DNA of 64,000 nucleotides from Octopus sinensis. Lineage: Eukaryota. The notes under the pieces were generated by a model. That model searched no databases and had not been told where the DNA came from. It was given only the letters and a program-made list of their open reading frames with translations. Positions 1 through 11,900 of this stretch are shown piece after piece. The stretch is taken from assembly GCF_006345805.1 (NCBI RefSeq), contig NC_043002.1, positions 85,994,001-86,058,000 on the forward strand. Direction: 5' to 3'. Every line of letters begins with the position of its first letter. Positions within the stretch are counted from its first letter, which is position 1. The translations under genes were made by a program, and so were the position numbers.

Positions 1-296
1 ACTTGTGTCTCTCCTTACTAACCGTCAGCCATTTTGTATTTCTATTGTATGTCTTCATTTACGCATGCTTATATCTCTATGTGCGTCTGTGTTTATTTAG
101 TGTGTGTGTGGGGGGGGTGCCTGTAATATTTGTATCTTCTGGTTATATACATTCTTGTAATTTGTATTTTGTTTTTGTTGTTGTTGCTTTTGTTCTAATT
201 TTGTTCATGTGTTTACATCCACCCATTATTATCATTACATATGCTTGTATGTATGTGTAACAACAATATTAGTAATAATAATAATAAATCTAATTG

Positions 297-386
<90 letters not shown>

Positions 387-684
387 TTTCAATTAGATTT
401 ATTATTATTATTACTAATATTGTTGTTATACATACATACAAGCATATGTAATGATAATAATGGGTGGATGTAAACACATGAACAAAATTAGAACAAAAGC
501 AATAACAAAAACAAAATACAAATTACAAGAATGTATATAACCAGAAGATACAAATATTACAGGCACCCCCCCCACACACACACACTAAATAAACATAGAC
601 GCACATAGAGATATAAGCATGCGTAAATGAAGACATACAATAGAAATACAAAATGGCTGACGGTTAGTAAGGAGAGACACAAGT
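1..684. repeat. long near-perfect inverted repeat centred on a (TA)n tract
   Basis: 1-30 acttgtgtctctccttactaaccgtcagcc is the reverse complement of 655-684. Arms are ~310 bp with a few substitutions/indels. The left arm is cut by the window edge. Confidence 0.95.
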
Positions 685-702
685 AAGTGAGAAGAAAACA
701 AA

Positions 703-747
703 GGACCACTGATGCGGTCACAGGAGTGTGACGAAAGAACTTTGGCC
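703..747 (+). ncRNA. hammerhead-like motif with deviant core
   Basis: GGACCA-CTGATGCG-GTCACA(GGAG)TGTGAC-GAAA-GAACTT-TGGCC. Stems I and II are present, but A9 is replaced and stem III is poor. Confidence 0.4.
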
Positions 748-920
748 GAAATAAGATTAAGATTAATGTAAAAAATAAATATCACTGAAGCAAAATAACA
801 CCAAATATATAGTGCGTGTGTTTTTATTGGCTAAACTGGCAATATGACCATTCCGAAATATAACAATATCTGTTTCAACACACGACTTCACATAAAAAAT
901 CTTGCACAACAATATTTAAA

Positions 921-1068
921 CGTACATATATATATATAATATATATATATATATGTATACATGTATATGTACTTATATATATATATATATATAGATGTAT
1001 ATGTATATATATATATAGATGTATATGTATATATATATATATGTATACATGTATATGTAGATATATGT

Positions 1069-1125
<57 letters not shown>

Positions 1126-1134
1126 CATACATAC

Positions 1135-1167
<33 letters not shown>

Positions 1168-1281
1168 GATAGATATGTATATATATGTATACATATATAT
1201 AGACATATGTATACACACACACATATATATACATATAAATATATATGTATACACACACACACACATATATATATATATATG
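921..1281. repeat. compound (TA)n/(TACA)n microsatellite
   Basis: Directly visible. Similar tracts at 1838-2180, 3163-3276, 6342-6378, 28242-28322, 28486-28610, 51595-51735 and 60148-60290. Confidence 0.95.
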
Positions 1282-1838
1282 TAAAATACAAAATGGGACA
1301 AGAATGCAAAACATATGGACAGTTAGGTGATACAAAAATGAAACAACAAAACATCCAGATAGACGATACAAAGAATACAAGGATGGGTCATTCGATATTT
1401 CCTTTCCTCAGCTGAGTTCCAGATTATCTTCCCAATTTTTGGCAGATTGCTCCAATCTGGCCAGCCCCAAAGGAAAACTAAGCTAAGAGCATTAGATTCC
1501 TTGGAAGAAAGTAGTGAATGTATACAAAAACAAGGTCGGAAAAAAACGGACAATGTTACACAAATACAATAAAAATAATAACAAGACATAATAGCAGGTG
1601 TCTTATGAGTAAGGACGAATTAAATTAAGCTGGCATGTGTGGAAATAAAGCCTTACGGTAGGGATGCAAGATTTCACAGGCACAGGGAGGAATATCGATG
1701 TTGCACAGACAACGGCCAGACCAAGAAAGAAAGATCAGGTTTGGCCGAATGCCGGTCACGTGGGAAGAGAAGAGGGTGAGGTAGAGGCAGAGGGACAGAA
1801 GAATTAAGGAAGGGTTAAAAAAATGACAGGGACACAAC
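1282..1838. repeat. unclassified sequence between TA tracts, probably an interspersed repeat
   Basis: Non-coding, moderately GC-rich block embedded between microsatellites. No family assignment is possible from the sequence alone. Confidence 0.3.
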
Positions 1839-1982
1839 ATATATATAGATATACATCTATACATATGTATTCATATATATACATATATATATATGTATAT
1901 ATATATGTATACATATATATATGTATATATATGTATACATATATATACATATATATATATGTATATATATGATGTATACATA

Positions 1983-2021
<39 letters not shown>

Positions 2022-2053
2022 AGATATATGTCTATATGTATAAATATATATAA

Positions 2054-2106
<53 letters not shown>

Positions 2107-2225
2107 TATGAATATGTATACATATATATATATGTATAGATATATATATATATGTAAATATAAATATAAAAATATATATGTGTTTGTGTATAATTCTCAT
2201 AATTATATAAAAAGAATAATATGAA

Positions 2226-3162
2226 CTACTGCAAGGAATGAAGCCAGCATGCTCCGATGGATGTGAAATATCAGTGTGCATACTCGACGGAGTGTTAATG
2301 CCGTGAGAGAAAAGTTGGACCTAAGAAGCATCAGATGTGGTGTGCAAAAGAGACGACTGCGCTGGTATGACCATGTGGCAAGAATGAATGTGGATAGCTG
2401 TGTGAAAAAGTGCCACACCCTAGCAGTTGAGGGAACCCGTGGAAGAGGTAGACCCAGGAAGACCTGGGATGAGGTGGTGAAGCATGACCTTCGAACATTG
2501 GCCCTCACCGAAGCAATGACTAGTGACTGGGACCTTTGGAAATATGCTGTGCTTGAGAAAACTTGGCAAGCTCAAGTGAGACCATAATCTTGTGGCCTAT
2601 GCCAGGGGTGTAACCAGCCCACTTATGTGTACCTTACCTTCATTGGACACCAAACTCTGCTTGCGAAGACCTGTTGAGGCAAGTGAAATTGAAATCAAAT
2701 TCAATGACTGGCATCCATGCTAGTGGAGCGTTAAGTGTACCATACGAGTGGGATCGTTGCCCGGGGGAAAAAAGTTGGCCTCCGTTCCAATGGCACGTAA
2801 AAAGTACCATTTGTGATCATTACCTGCGTCGCCTTACTGGCACTTGTGCTGGTAGCACATGAAAAACATTCGAGTGAGGTTGTTGCCAGTGCCGCTGGAC
2901 TGGCTCCTGTGCAGGTGGCACATAAGCACCATTTGAGTGTGGCCGTTGCCAGTACCGCATGACCGGCCCTTGTGCTGGTGGCACATAAAAGCACCTACTA
3001 CACTCTCGGAGTGGTTGGCGTTAGGAAGGGCATCCAGCTGTAGAAACTCTGCCAGATGAGATTGGAGTCTGGTGCAGCCATCTGTTTCACCAGACCTCAG
3101 TCAAATCGTCCAACCCATGCTAGCATGGAAAGCGGACATTAAACGATGATGATGATGATGAC
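2226..3162 (+). mobile_element. 5'-truncated RTE-clade LINE (ORF C-terminus, 3' UTR, (GAT)n tail)
   Basis: ORF 2276..2587 RLRWYDHVARM...VEGTRGRGRPRKTW is a typical RTE C-terminus. The 3' UTR has internal ggcacgtaaaaagcacc repeats and ends GGACATTAAAC(GAT)n. Confidence 0.9.
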
Positions 3163-3240
3163 GATATATATATATGTATGTATATACATATATATATATG
3201 TATTCACATATATATATATATATGTATATACATATATGTA

Positions 3241-3276
<36 letters not shown>

Positions 3277-3677
3277 GCAAACATCAGTGCAGGTCCAAAA
3301 TTCGTCACAGTGAGGCATGAGAGGTGTGAAGTGGAGACTCCTGGAGAATGTCTTTAACAGGATATCATACTCTAATCTGGTGGTCGCAAAGAAAAATTGA
3401 AATATAGATGAAGCAGCCTTCTTAAGAAACAGACTACTTAACTACACAACCACAACTATGCTTTTACAGATTGATAAATTTAAAAAATAGACTGAAATAA
3501 GTATAGGGCCTGATACAATTCACTAAACCCTTCAAGGTAGTACCCCATCATAGCTGCAGCCCAATGACTAAGACCAGTAAAGAAAAAAAGAAACAAAAAA
3601 TGAATTAAACTAAATATCAATTAATATTTAATGTAAATCTTTAAAGATAAAAAATATTTCAATATTTACAAGTACAC

Positions 3678-3984
3678 AGGAGTTGCAATGGCCCAGGGAT
3701 TAGGGCAGCAGACTTGCAGTCGTAGGATTGCAGTTTTGATTCCCAGACTGGGCGTTGTGAGTGTTTATTGAGCGAAAACACCTAAAAAGCTCCACGACAC
3801 TCCAGCAGGGGGTGGTGGCAATCCCTGCTGTACTCTTTCGCTGCAACTTTCTCTCACTCTTTCTTCTGTTGGCCTGCTCGCTTAGACAGCAGGGTGGCGT
3901 CATTTGAAGGTTAAAACAATGCGAAGTGCATTGTGACTGGCGATGTGTAACAACATCTGATAGCCTGGTCGGTCACGTGATCAC
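3678..3984 (+). mobile_element. tRNA-derived SINE
   Basis: tRNA-like head with a body shared with the SINEs at 8347 and 52208, but a different tail. Confidence 0.7.
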
Positions 3985-4502
3985 ATGTACACAACACTTT
4001 GATCAGTTTGGGCTCTGATCGTCATCAGATGTCTTATTTCTGGATATTTTCATAGAACCAGATTGGATTTGAACTAAGGATATATATTTAAAATTAAGAG
4101 AAGTAACACTCTTGCCCACTTGGCCACTGATACAAAAACAAAGGAATGAGACACCTAATGACTATTGGAGGTCAAAATGATTGATGAGCTGTGTTTGTTT
4201 AATGCCCATTGTTTTCATGGACAGGGATTTATTTGGGACAGCATTTTTACATGTAGATTACACCTTTTGTGGTTCTTTTGTGCCTGATTTTCTAGTAAGG
4301 GATCTTTTATTCCACTAGACTTTGAAAGCACAGAATGGCTGGTCATAACATCAACAAAGAATGTAAACACCATATAACATTTTCACTTAGGCAGCAGTGA
4401 AAAGCAAAGCTGTGTAATATCAATATACATGCAAATACACACATACAGAAATGTACATATATACACAGATATCTAAACACACACAGACATGTACATTCAT
4501 AC

Positions 4503-4720
4503 ATCATCATCATTTAACATCTGCTTTCCATGCTGGCATGAGTTGGACGGTTCGACTAGAGCTGGTAAGCTGGAGTGCTGTACCAGGTTCCAGTCTGGTT
4601 TGGCTTGGTTTCTATGGCTGGATACCCTGCCTAATACCAGCCACTTTACAGTGTGTGCTGGGTACTTTTAATATGGCATTGACATGTGTACATTTATATG
4701 GCACTAGCACAAATGTTTTT
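4503..4720 (-). mobile_element. RTE 3'-tail fragment
   Basis: (CAT)n-TTAACATC...CATGCTGGCATG, the reverse complement of 3000-3160. Confidence 0.75.
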
Positions 4721-4901
4721 TACATGGTTCTGGTGCAGGTTTCTTGCAAATCAATCCTCTTTATCAAGAGGAGCAGCATTAACACTTCTGCTGTGGAGGA
4801 CGGATTTTCTTGACATATTTAAATAACAATATATGATGGGCTTCCACACAGTTTCTGCCTCTCAGTTTTACTTGCAAGGTATTGGTCAGTCAGAATGCAA
4901 T

Positions 4902-5115
4902 GAGCTGGCAGAACTGTTAGCATGCCGGGTGAAATGCTTAGCGGTATTTCGTCTGCCGCTACGTTCTGAGTTCAAATTCCGCCAAGGTCAACTTTGCCTT
5001 TCATTGATTAAATAAGTACCAGTTACGCACTGGGGTCGATATAATTGACTTAATCTGTGTGTCTGTCCTTGTTTGTCCTCTCTGTGTTTGGCCCCTTGTG
5101 GGTAGTAAAGAAATA
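4902..5115 (+). mobile_element. tRNA-derived SINE (gagctggcagaa...gagttcaaattcc family)
   Basis: A/B-box-like head, nested in a degraded SINE of another family. Further copies near 5305-5520(-), 15020-15210(-), 15560-15760(-), 21660-21890(-), 45585-45800(+) and 46710-46912(-). Confidence 0.75.
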
Positions 5116-5540
5116 GGTATTGGTCAATCTGAGGCTACAGTTGAAGACACTTTTCAAAGGTGACTCACAGTGGCACTTTGGGCTAGTGTTTTCTACTATG
5201 GCTCTAAGAACTTCATAATGATACAGCTATGAAGATGTAAACATCAAACCTTTTGTTGTTTCTGCAGATGAGCATAATACTCTGCAAAAATCATTATCAT
5301 ATTAATAATCCTTCCTACTATAGGCACAAGGCCCGGAACTTTAAGGGAGGTGGCTAGTTGTTTACACTGACTCCAGTGTCTGACTGGTACTTAATGTAAT
5401 GTCTCTGAAAGGATGAAAAGCAAAGTTGACCTCGGTGGGTGGAACTTGAAATCAGAATGTAAAGAGGGATGATATGCCATGAAACACTGCCTGGCATGCT
5501 AACAATTCTGCCAACTTACTGTCTTTAAGATCATATTAAT

Positions 5541-5772
5541 TGTTTCTTTATTACCCACAAGGGGCTAAACATAGAGGGGACAAACAAGGACAGACAAAAG
5601 GATTAAGTCGATTACATCGATCCCAGTGCGAAACTGGTACTTTATTTATCGACCCTGAAAGGATGAAAGGCAAAGTCGACCTTGGCGGAATTTGAACTCA
5701 GAACGTAATGGCAGACGAAATACGGCTACGCATTTCACCCAGTGTGCTAACGTTTCTGCCAGTTCGTCACCA
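5541..5772 (-). mobile_element. tRNA-derived SINE, inverted relative to the 4902 copy
   Basis: Reverse-complement similarity to 4902-5115. Confidence 0.8.
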
Positions 5773-5877
5773 TAAAAAGATCATATTGATATCTCATCTC
5801 AGACATTAAGATATTTAACCAAAAATGATACATGAAAGAATTAAAAAAGCATGCAGAGTATTGAAAGCTTATTTTAC

Positions 5878-6045
5878 TCTCTTCTTTTCTTCTTCTTCAG
5901 ATTTTGCCTTCTCTGCCATCTGCCGTGCTAATACATGCCGTTTCCATGGAGGAATGATTCGCCCAGCAGGATCTTTATCAGGAACTTGATCTAAGAAATT
6001 CTTAGGATCAAAGTTACCTTCCAGTATTGTTCGCTCTGACCGTTC
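5878..6045 (-). CDS. ESPN: espin/forked-like gene, actin-bundling module exon
   Basis: Acceptor tttcttattag, donor AGA|GTAAAA, 168 nt, phase 0/0. ERSERTILEGNFDPKNFLDQVPDKDPAGRIIPPWKRHVLARQMAEKAKSEEEEKKR matches the espin/forked signature (GRPIPEWKRQVM / IPPWKRQML). Not in the ORF track. Confidence 0.9.
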
Positions 6046-6162
6046 CTAATAAGAAACAGAATTAGAAAGTGGTTATCCATGAAACCATTACATTACAACA
6101 TGTATATATGGAAAAAAAAAGTCAAGATAGAAAATGCTAAAATAATTTTATAAAAAACATTT

Positions 6163-6198
6163 CAGTACCGGTTTCAGTCATTGAGACTTTTTCAACTG
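6163..6198 (-). ncRNA. minimal type I hammerhead ribozyme, U3-A8 variant
   Basis: CAG-TTGAAAA-AGTC(TCAAT)GACT-GAAA-CCGG-TA-CTG: stem I of 3 bp, stem II of 4 bp, palindromic stem III, GUA cleavage triplet. Confidence 0.6.
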
Positions 6199-6338
6199 TA
6201 ACAATTAAATAATTAAATTTAGAAAAATTAAAAGAAAAGGTTTTTAAAAGAATATTTGTATAGTGTTCAAATACAAGTGGCATTTTCCTTGTTTCTGCCT
6301 GTCTCTGTCTCTCTTGTTTACTCTTGTGGGTTCAAGGT

Positions 6339-6381
<43 letters not shown>

Positions 6382-6749
6382 CAGTATATAGTAACTAATA
6401 TAAAGATGTATTGTGCAATCATATTTTTATACCTATATGTGAATGTGTGTTTCTGTGAGTGTGTGTGTGAGAGGCTATACATGTATGTAGTATATATATG
6501 TATATATATATATGAACATTGATCAGATGAAAGAAGTGAAGCAAAGGCATAAATGTTTATTATGTTGACAATTGTTTCGTAATCTATGTTAGTTACACAA
6601 ATAATGTTACATCATCTGTCACACATATAAATGGATATACATACTACTATGTATACAAATATAATTATGCCACAACATAATGAACAAATTATACTTCAGA
6701 ACATTTCATAGCAGATTAGCTCCAGATGCTCTCTCTCTCTCTCTCATGC

Positions 6750-6780
<31 letters not shown>

Positions 6781-8346
6781 ATATACACAAAGGTGGTTGT
6801 ATGATTGTGAATAGAGGGATATATATTATTCAAAGGAATTCCAACTCTGTCTGTTTTTTATGTTTTATTTGTATTCTTTATAATATTAATGTAGAATATA
6901 GAATATATAGTATAAATAGTATATATAGTAAAATGAAATGAATTATTGATTGTCTTATTGAATAGATGAAATATTGAATATCAAATATTAAGGGACAAGT
7001 ATACTTTATTGCATTTAAGCAGTCTTCAAGGTCCCAGGTTGTGACAGGAGTTATTATAAGACTTAGGACCTAAATTTTAAAGTGAAAATTCTCTATTTAC
7101 TAATGTATAGGTTGACATTTTGTTATCAATTTTTAAATCTATAATTAGGATTTCAGACACTCCAAGTCTTCAGATGTTGCCTAGGGCCAAAATCTTATAA
7201 GTTAAAAAAAAAATATCTGGTGTAATGTTTGCATCTAGACAAACACACACTAATTACAGATTTAAAAATTTGATCTCAAAAAGCATTGACATATATAAGT
7301 GTGTTCCGTGTATTGAATCAAGAATGCTAAATGAGAGGAAAAAAAAGCCACAAAGCTAATTAAAATTAAATAATATACAATTATACTCAAAAATTATGAA
7401 TTAGGAAACTAAGCAAAAATAAATGGACAACATGGTTTTGTGACAACCCCACACCCTAAAAAAACTGTGAAATGTAAAATGTTGGAATTTAAGTGAACTG
7501 AGTATAAGAAGCTTGCAACTATTATATTATCTAACATTTCTCGAAGTGACATGCTTTTAGGAAGGTGAAGCTATTAACTGTGTTTTTTCTCCAAATGGCA
7601 AAGCATTCAAACAGTGTTTTTTTACCCTGAATGTTCATGAGATTAATGAATTGTGGTTACATGCTGTTAAAATTTCTAAGTTATATTTAACAGAGAAAGT
7701 GAAAGTAATTGCTTTATAATGAATTCTGTCAAGTGACCACTCAGAATACACAACATATATACTCGCTATGAAAACATTGCTTCTGAAAATATTCTTTAAA
7801 TATATAATGCTGTTACAATGAAACACTTCAATATTAAACTGTGTTTTCTTTTTTGAAGAATTCCAATTTTAACCCAACAATAGTTTAGAAAAGGTAAACC
7901 CATGAGATACCAACCACCTGAAGTTATTACTGGTTTTATGATAACAAACAATTTGTTTTATAACATTCATATATTAAACTAAAAAAAAATCTATAAATTT
8001 AATCGTTCTTTCATAATTATATGAAAGAACCTTTTGTAATATTCCAAACATCATCTCAATAATGTAGTTTTTAGTCAATTTACTTAATCCTTCCAAATAC
8101 TTGATCATTTTCAAATTTAATCGAAATAAATAGACAGCGCATTTCATTAGAAATATGTTAACGAAAATGTTTAGCAGCTCTTTAATTAAGAGTCCTGATT
8201 TTAAACATGTACAAAAATAAATCCGGATTTTAGGATATATGAAAATATATTTTTGTGAATTAGAAATAATTTAGAAAATAAGTTTACAGTTTTAATTGAA
8301 TTCCATAATATATTTTAAAATAAATTTCAAACATTATATTTATATG

Positions 8347-8654
8347 TTTGTTGTTTGTTCCTTCTCAAGCCATGCCTGGCTCATATGGGCCGGTTTCCCG
8401 GTTTCTTGGCGTATAGGTTCCCCACATGGACGGGATGCCAGTCCATTGCAGGTGAGCTGCAAGATGCAGGAGGAAAGAGTGAGAGAAAGTTGTGGCGAAA
8501 GAGTCAGCAGAAGTTTCGCTATAACCTTCTGCCGGAGCCGTGTGGAGCTTAGGTGTTTTGCTCATAAACACACACATCGTCCGGTCTGAGACTGGAACCC
8601 GCGATCCCTCGTCCGCGAGTCTGCTGCTCTAACCACTAGGCCATGTGCCTCCAC
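8347..8654 (-). mobile_element. full-length tRNA-derived SINE with 13-bp TSD
   Basis: Head GTGGAGGCACATGGCCTAGTGGTTAGAGC (A box) plus B-box-like GGTTCCAGTC. TSD ttatatttatatg at 8334-8346 and 8655-8667. Confidence 0.9.
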
Positions 8655-11512
8655 TTATATTTATATGAATACAATCTTCTTATATTGACTTCCATTGGAC
8701 ACAGTTATGTATGTACTGCAAACCTTGTCACTTATAAGGTTATTTATGGAATGTTCTATCATTATGTCTTTCTAAGTTATAATGACTGGGGCCACTTCTC
8801 ACAGAAATATGTGGTGGCATGGTATGTGTGTGTGTGCATGGCATCACAGCCTTGTCTGCTTTTAAAGCACACGCAAATAATGCTGTAAAGATGGGATTCT
8901 CAGCTGTGGTCTCTTTAAGAAAATCTCATGAGAGACTAGTATCTGTTGATTAAACCAATCCAAGTTCTTGATTTTATTTTATGAATTATGAAAAGTTGGA
9001 ATTCAATAGCTATACAACAGAGAATTCCCCAAAAAAGAGAACACATTCTTTATTTTAGGTAACCAGTCTCTAACCATTGTTTAAAATATGTATTCTCTCA
9101 ATCCTAGTTGTTGTTGTTTAACCATAAGTCAATTCTGACAGAGCAGACCTATGATCATAGATGTACCAGTTGTGACCATCACAATTTTCATATATCCAGA
9201 CTTATGTTATCCAATTTATCCCTTCTTGTTTTAAGAAGGTAAGGTTTTCTTCAGAGGGAAATTTAAGGAGATTTGATAGCCATTTCTAGCAGATTGAGCA
9301 ACTGCATATAAGCTTCCCTTGTTGTTTCTTTAATCAATCTTAGTTCTCAAACAAGATGCAAATTTAAATATTTAATTTAATGTAATATACTCAAAATATT
9401 ACTTGTTTTTGAGAGATAAATTTAACAACAAAGTAATTAAATTTACTGAATATCAATTAACTAATCCAGTCTGAAGTTTTTAACTTGAAAATAATTAGTA
9501 TCAGATAATAGACTTTAATGAAGCATACATTTCTAATTAATCTTGAACATTATGCACCAAGATCTTATAAAATAAGCAGGTTTCAAAAAGCTATTAATTA
9601 CTAATAAAGATGAACTGAACATTTCTCAGTAAATTTAATTTTATAAAAATCTTAATGAATATATGCTAACTAATGGTAATTTTTTTAATTTTTACAAAAC
9701 ATTTTTTTTTACAGTTTTATATACATTTTCCATGCAATCATATTTGAGATGGCAATTTCAACATTTGTATATTTCTGGAGTAATGGCCAATACAGATCTG
9801 TGGTTTTCTTAGTGCTAATCAAACAACTATAAGGTGGAAGTAGACCCAATAAAAACCTAACAGACTGTGGCAACAGAATATTGTCTTCCTTTAAAGCACT
9901 GCTCAATGACTGTGACAAAGTTTGAATCATTGACCTTGTGTAGTCCAGCACTCTGAAAAACATACCCATTATATTAATAAAAAATATATATATATTGTTG
10001 TTTTATAAAGTTAATTTTCCTACAAGAACACAAAATTTTAAACTTAAAAATAGGATTTCAAAAAAAGGTGTGTGATTATCATTAATAGAAAAAAAAAGTA
10101 AATTATAAAAGAATATTTCATTGTACAGCAATTACATATTACAAGTTACAGAGCATGTTTTGTGAGTTCCTGATTTTTATGGAGTTTTTACTGCTCCTTT
10201 ATCAGGGATCAAGATGTGACATCACCACAACTGCTTGTGTGACTACTTAGTGAATTACAATCTTTGTAGTGCTCTGATAAAAACAACCAGAAAGGTGTTA
10301 CCTTTATATGCAGAAATGGGCACCAACACCGATAGCTTCATAGATCAAGAAACTTTCTGGTATATCCAATATTTACATATAAGTAGAGATCCCATTTCAT
10401 AGAAAACTATTTAGAATTCAGAGTTTTGCAACATATATTCTTGCAAATATATTTATGCATTCACCAGTATCACAAATCACACAATATTACTTTTTTTTTC
10501 TTCTGTCTCATAGAATAGTTTCATGATATAGGAAAAAGTTTTTTTTTTAATATTCAGATTAGCAAGCAAAGCAATGGATTTCAACAAAAATAAACACCAA
10601 TTTTGTTATTATTTCTATGCATTTTCCCCCAAATAAATTTTTTTTTTTTTATGTAAGTATCATTTCATTCAGACAATTGGCATTAACAAAATTATATACA
10701 TAACATCTGGAAAGTTTCTTTTTAATGTTTCAAGTTCAAGCTATATAAGACTAAAATATATTTCCTTTAATTCTAAATTTCTCTTTTAGATTGGGCCCAG
10801 ATTTCAAGAAAAAAATATTTGTTTACTGTATTTAATTATGAAAATATTCACTAATCACTAAATCTCAGTGAATTCGAAGAGTAAATATGATTAGTATAAA
10901 ATTTTACTTCCATATGGAATATTGCTATGGTTGTAAATTTAAGAATCCATTATTATATTTCTCTAAAATAAATTATAACAAAGTTTGAAAATATGATACT
11001 ATCTAATTTTTAAAGCTTTCTAAATAAAAGAGATAACAAAAAAAATATCAATATTGTGAAATTATAAATTACAAATCCTTTTGTAACATGTGATTTCACA
11101 ATACATTGATTTTCATCTATTAACATATCAATGTTATGATATATATGATAAAAGTTAAGGATCTGAAATTTCTTTTAAGAAGCCAGAATAGAGTAAAACA
11201 TAGAAGAGGGTCTTGACATGTTAAATATAAAAAAAAACTTTTGTAAACTGACACTTGATAGAATGAGTAAATGTAAATAATGAAATTAAAGTTAAATTTT
11301 TCCCGAATCATGAATTCTCTTCTCTTTTGAAATATATTCTGGATAATGTTATCAGGAGGGAAAATAGTCCCCATCAAAGTCTTTCTAAAATGAAATAAAA
11401 TAAAAAATGAAAATATATATTAAACCCCATCCCATGATTGCTGTATGCAAGAAAGCATAACTTGACAGTAGCACATGTTGTGCTTCTGCTCATTTTTTTT
11501 TTTTTTACACAT

Positions 11513-11772
11513 CTATGTAGTTGCGGACAAGCATAGACAGACACTCTCTGAACCCTCTCACCTTTGACCCAGTGAAACATCCAGGATGTGACAGCTAGAG
11601 GGTGGGTGGTGATGGAGGAGAAAGTGCTGAAGCAACAGTTGGTACTCATTTTCAGCTGAGTACACTGGAGCAATGTGAAATGAAGTGCCTTGCTCAAGGA
11701 CACAATGCACTTTCTGGCCCAGGAATCAAATTCACAACCTTATGATTGTGGGTTTGATTCCTGGACCGGGCA
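11513..11772 (-). mobile_element. SINE with cagctgagt..actggagcaa..tgaaatgaagtg central domain
   Basis: Central domain shared with the copies at 17170, 22853, 39090-39317, 42262, 47020-47222 and 61600. Confidence 0.65.
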
Positions 11773-11900
11773 GCAAAAATACAATAAATTTATTATATAG
11801 ATTTCTAGACATTTTAATGAAATTTTCTTTGGATTAAGCTACAAGAATTGTTCTTAACAAGGATAAACAATCATTTCCTAAGTTTAAATGAGAAGCCTAT

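Noticed and set aside
3-2281. Many Y/I/C/V-rich ORFs
   Set aside because: Translations of (TA)n/(TG)n microsatellites and the palindrome. The same applies to similar ORFs throughout the window.
6562-6622. Minus-strand CAGATGAT...TTACGAAACAATTGTC hammerhead-like string
   Set aside because: U4 is mutated and stem I does not pair, so it is too degenerate to call.
7143-7176. Minus-strand CTGA-AGAC/GTCT-GAAA
   Set aside because: Three core nucleotides are missing, so it could be chance.
8580-8654. tRNA gene
   Set aside because: It is the head of a TSD-flanked multi-copy SINE, as are the other tRNA-like segments in the window.
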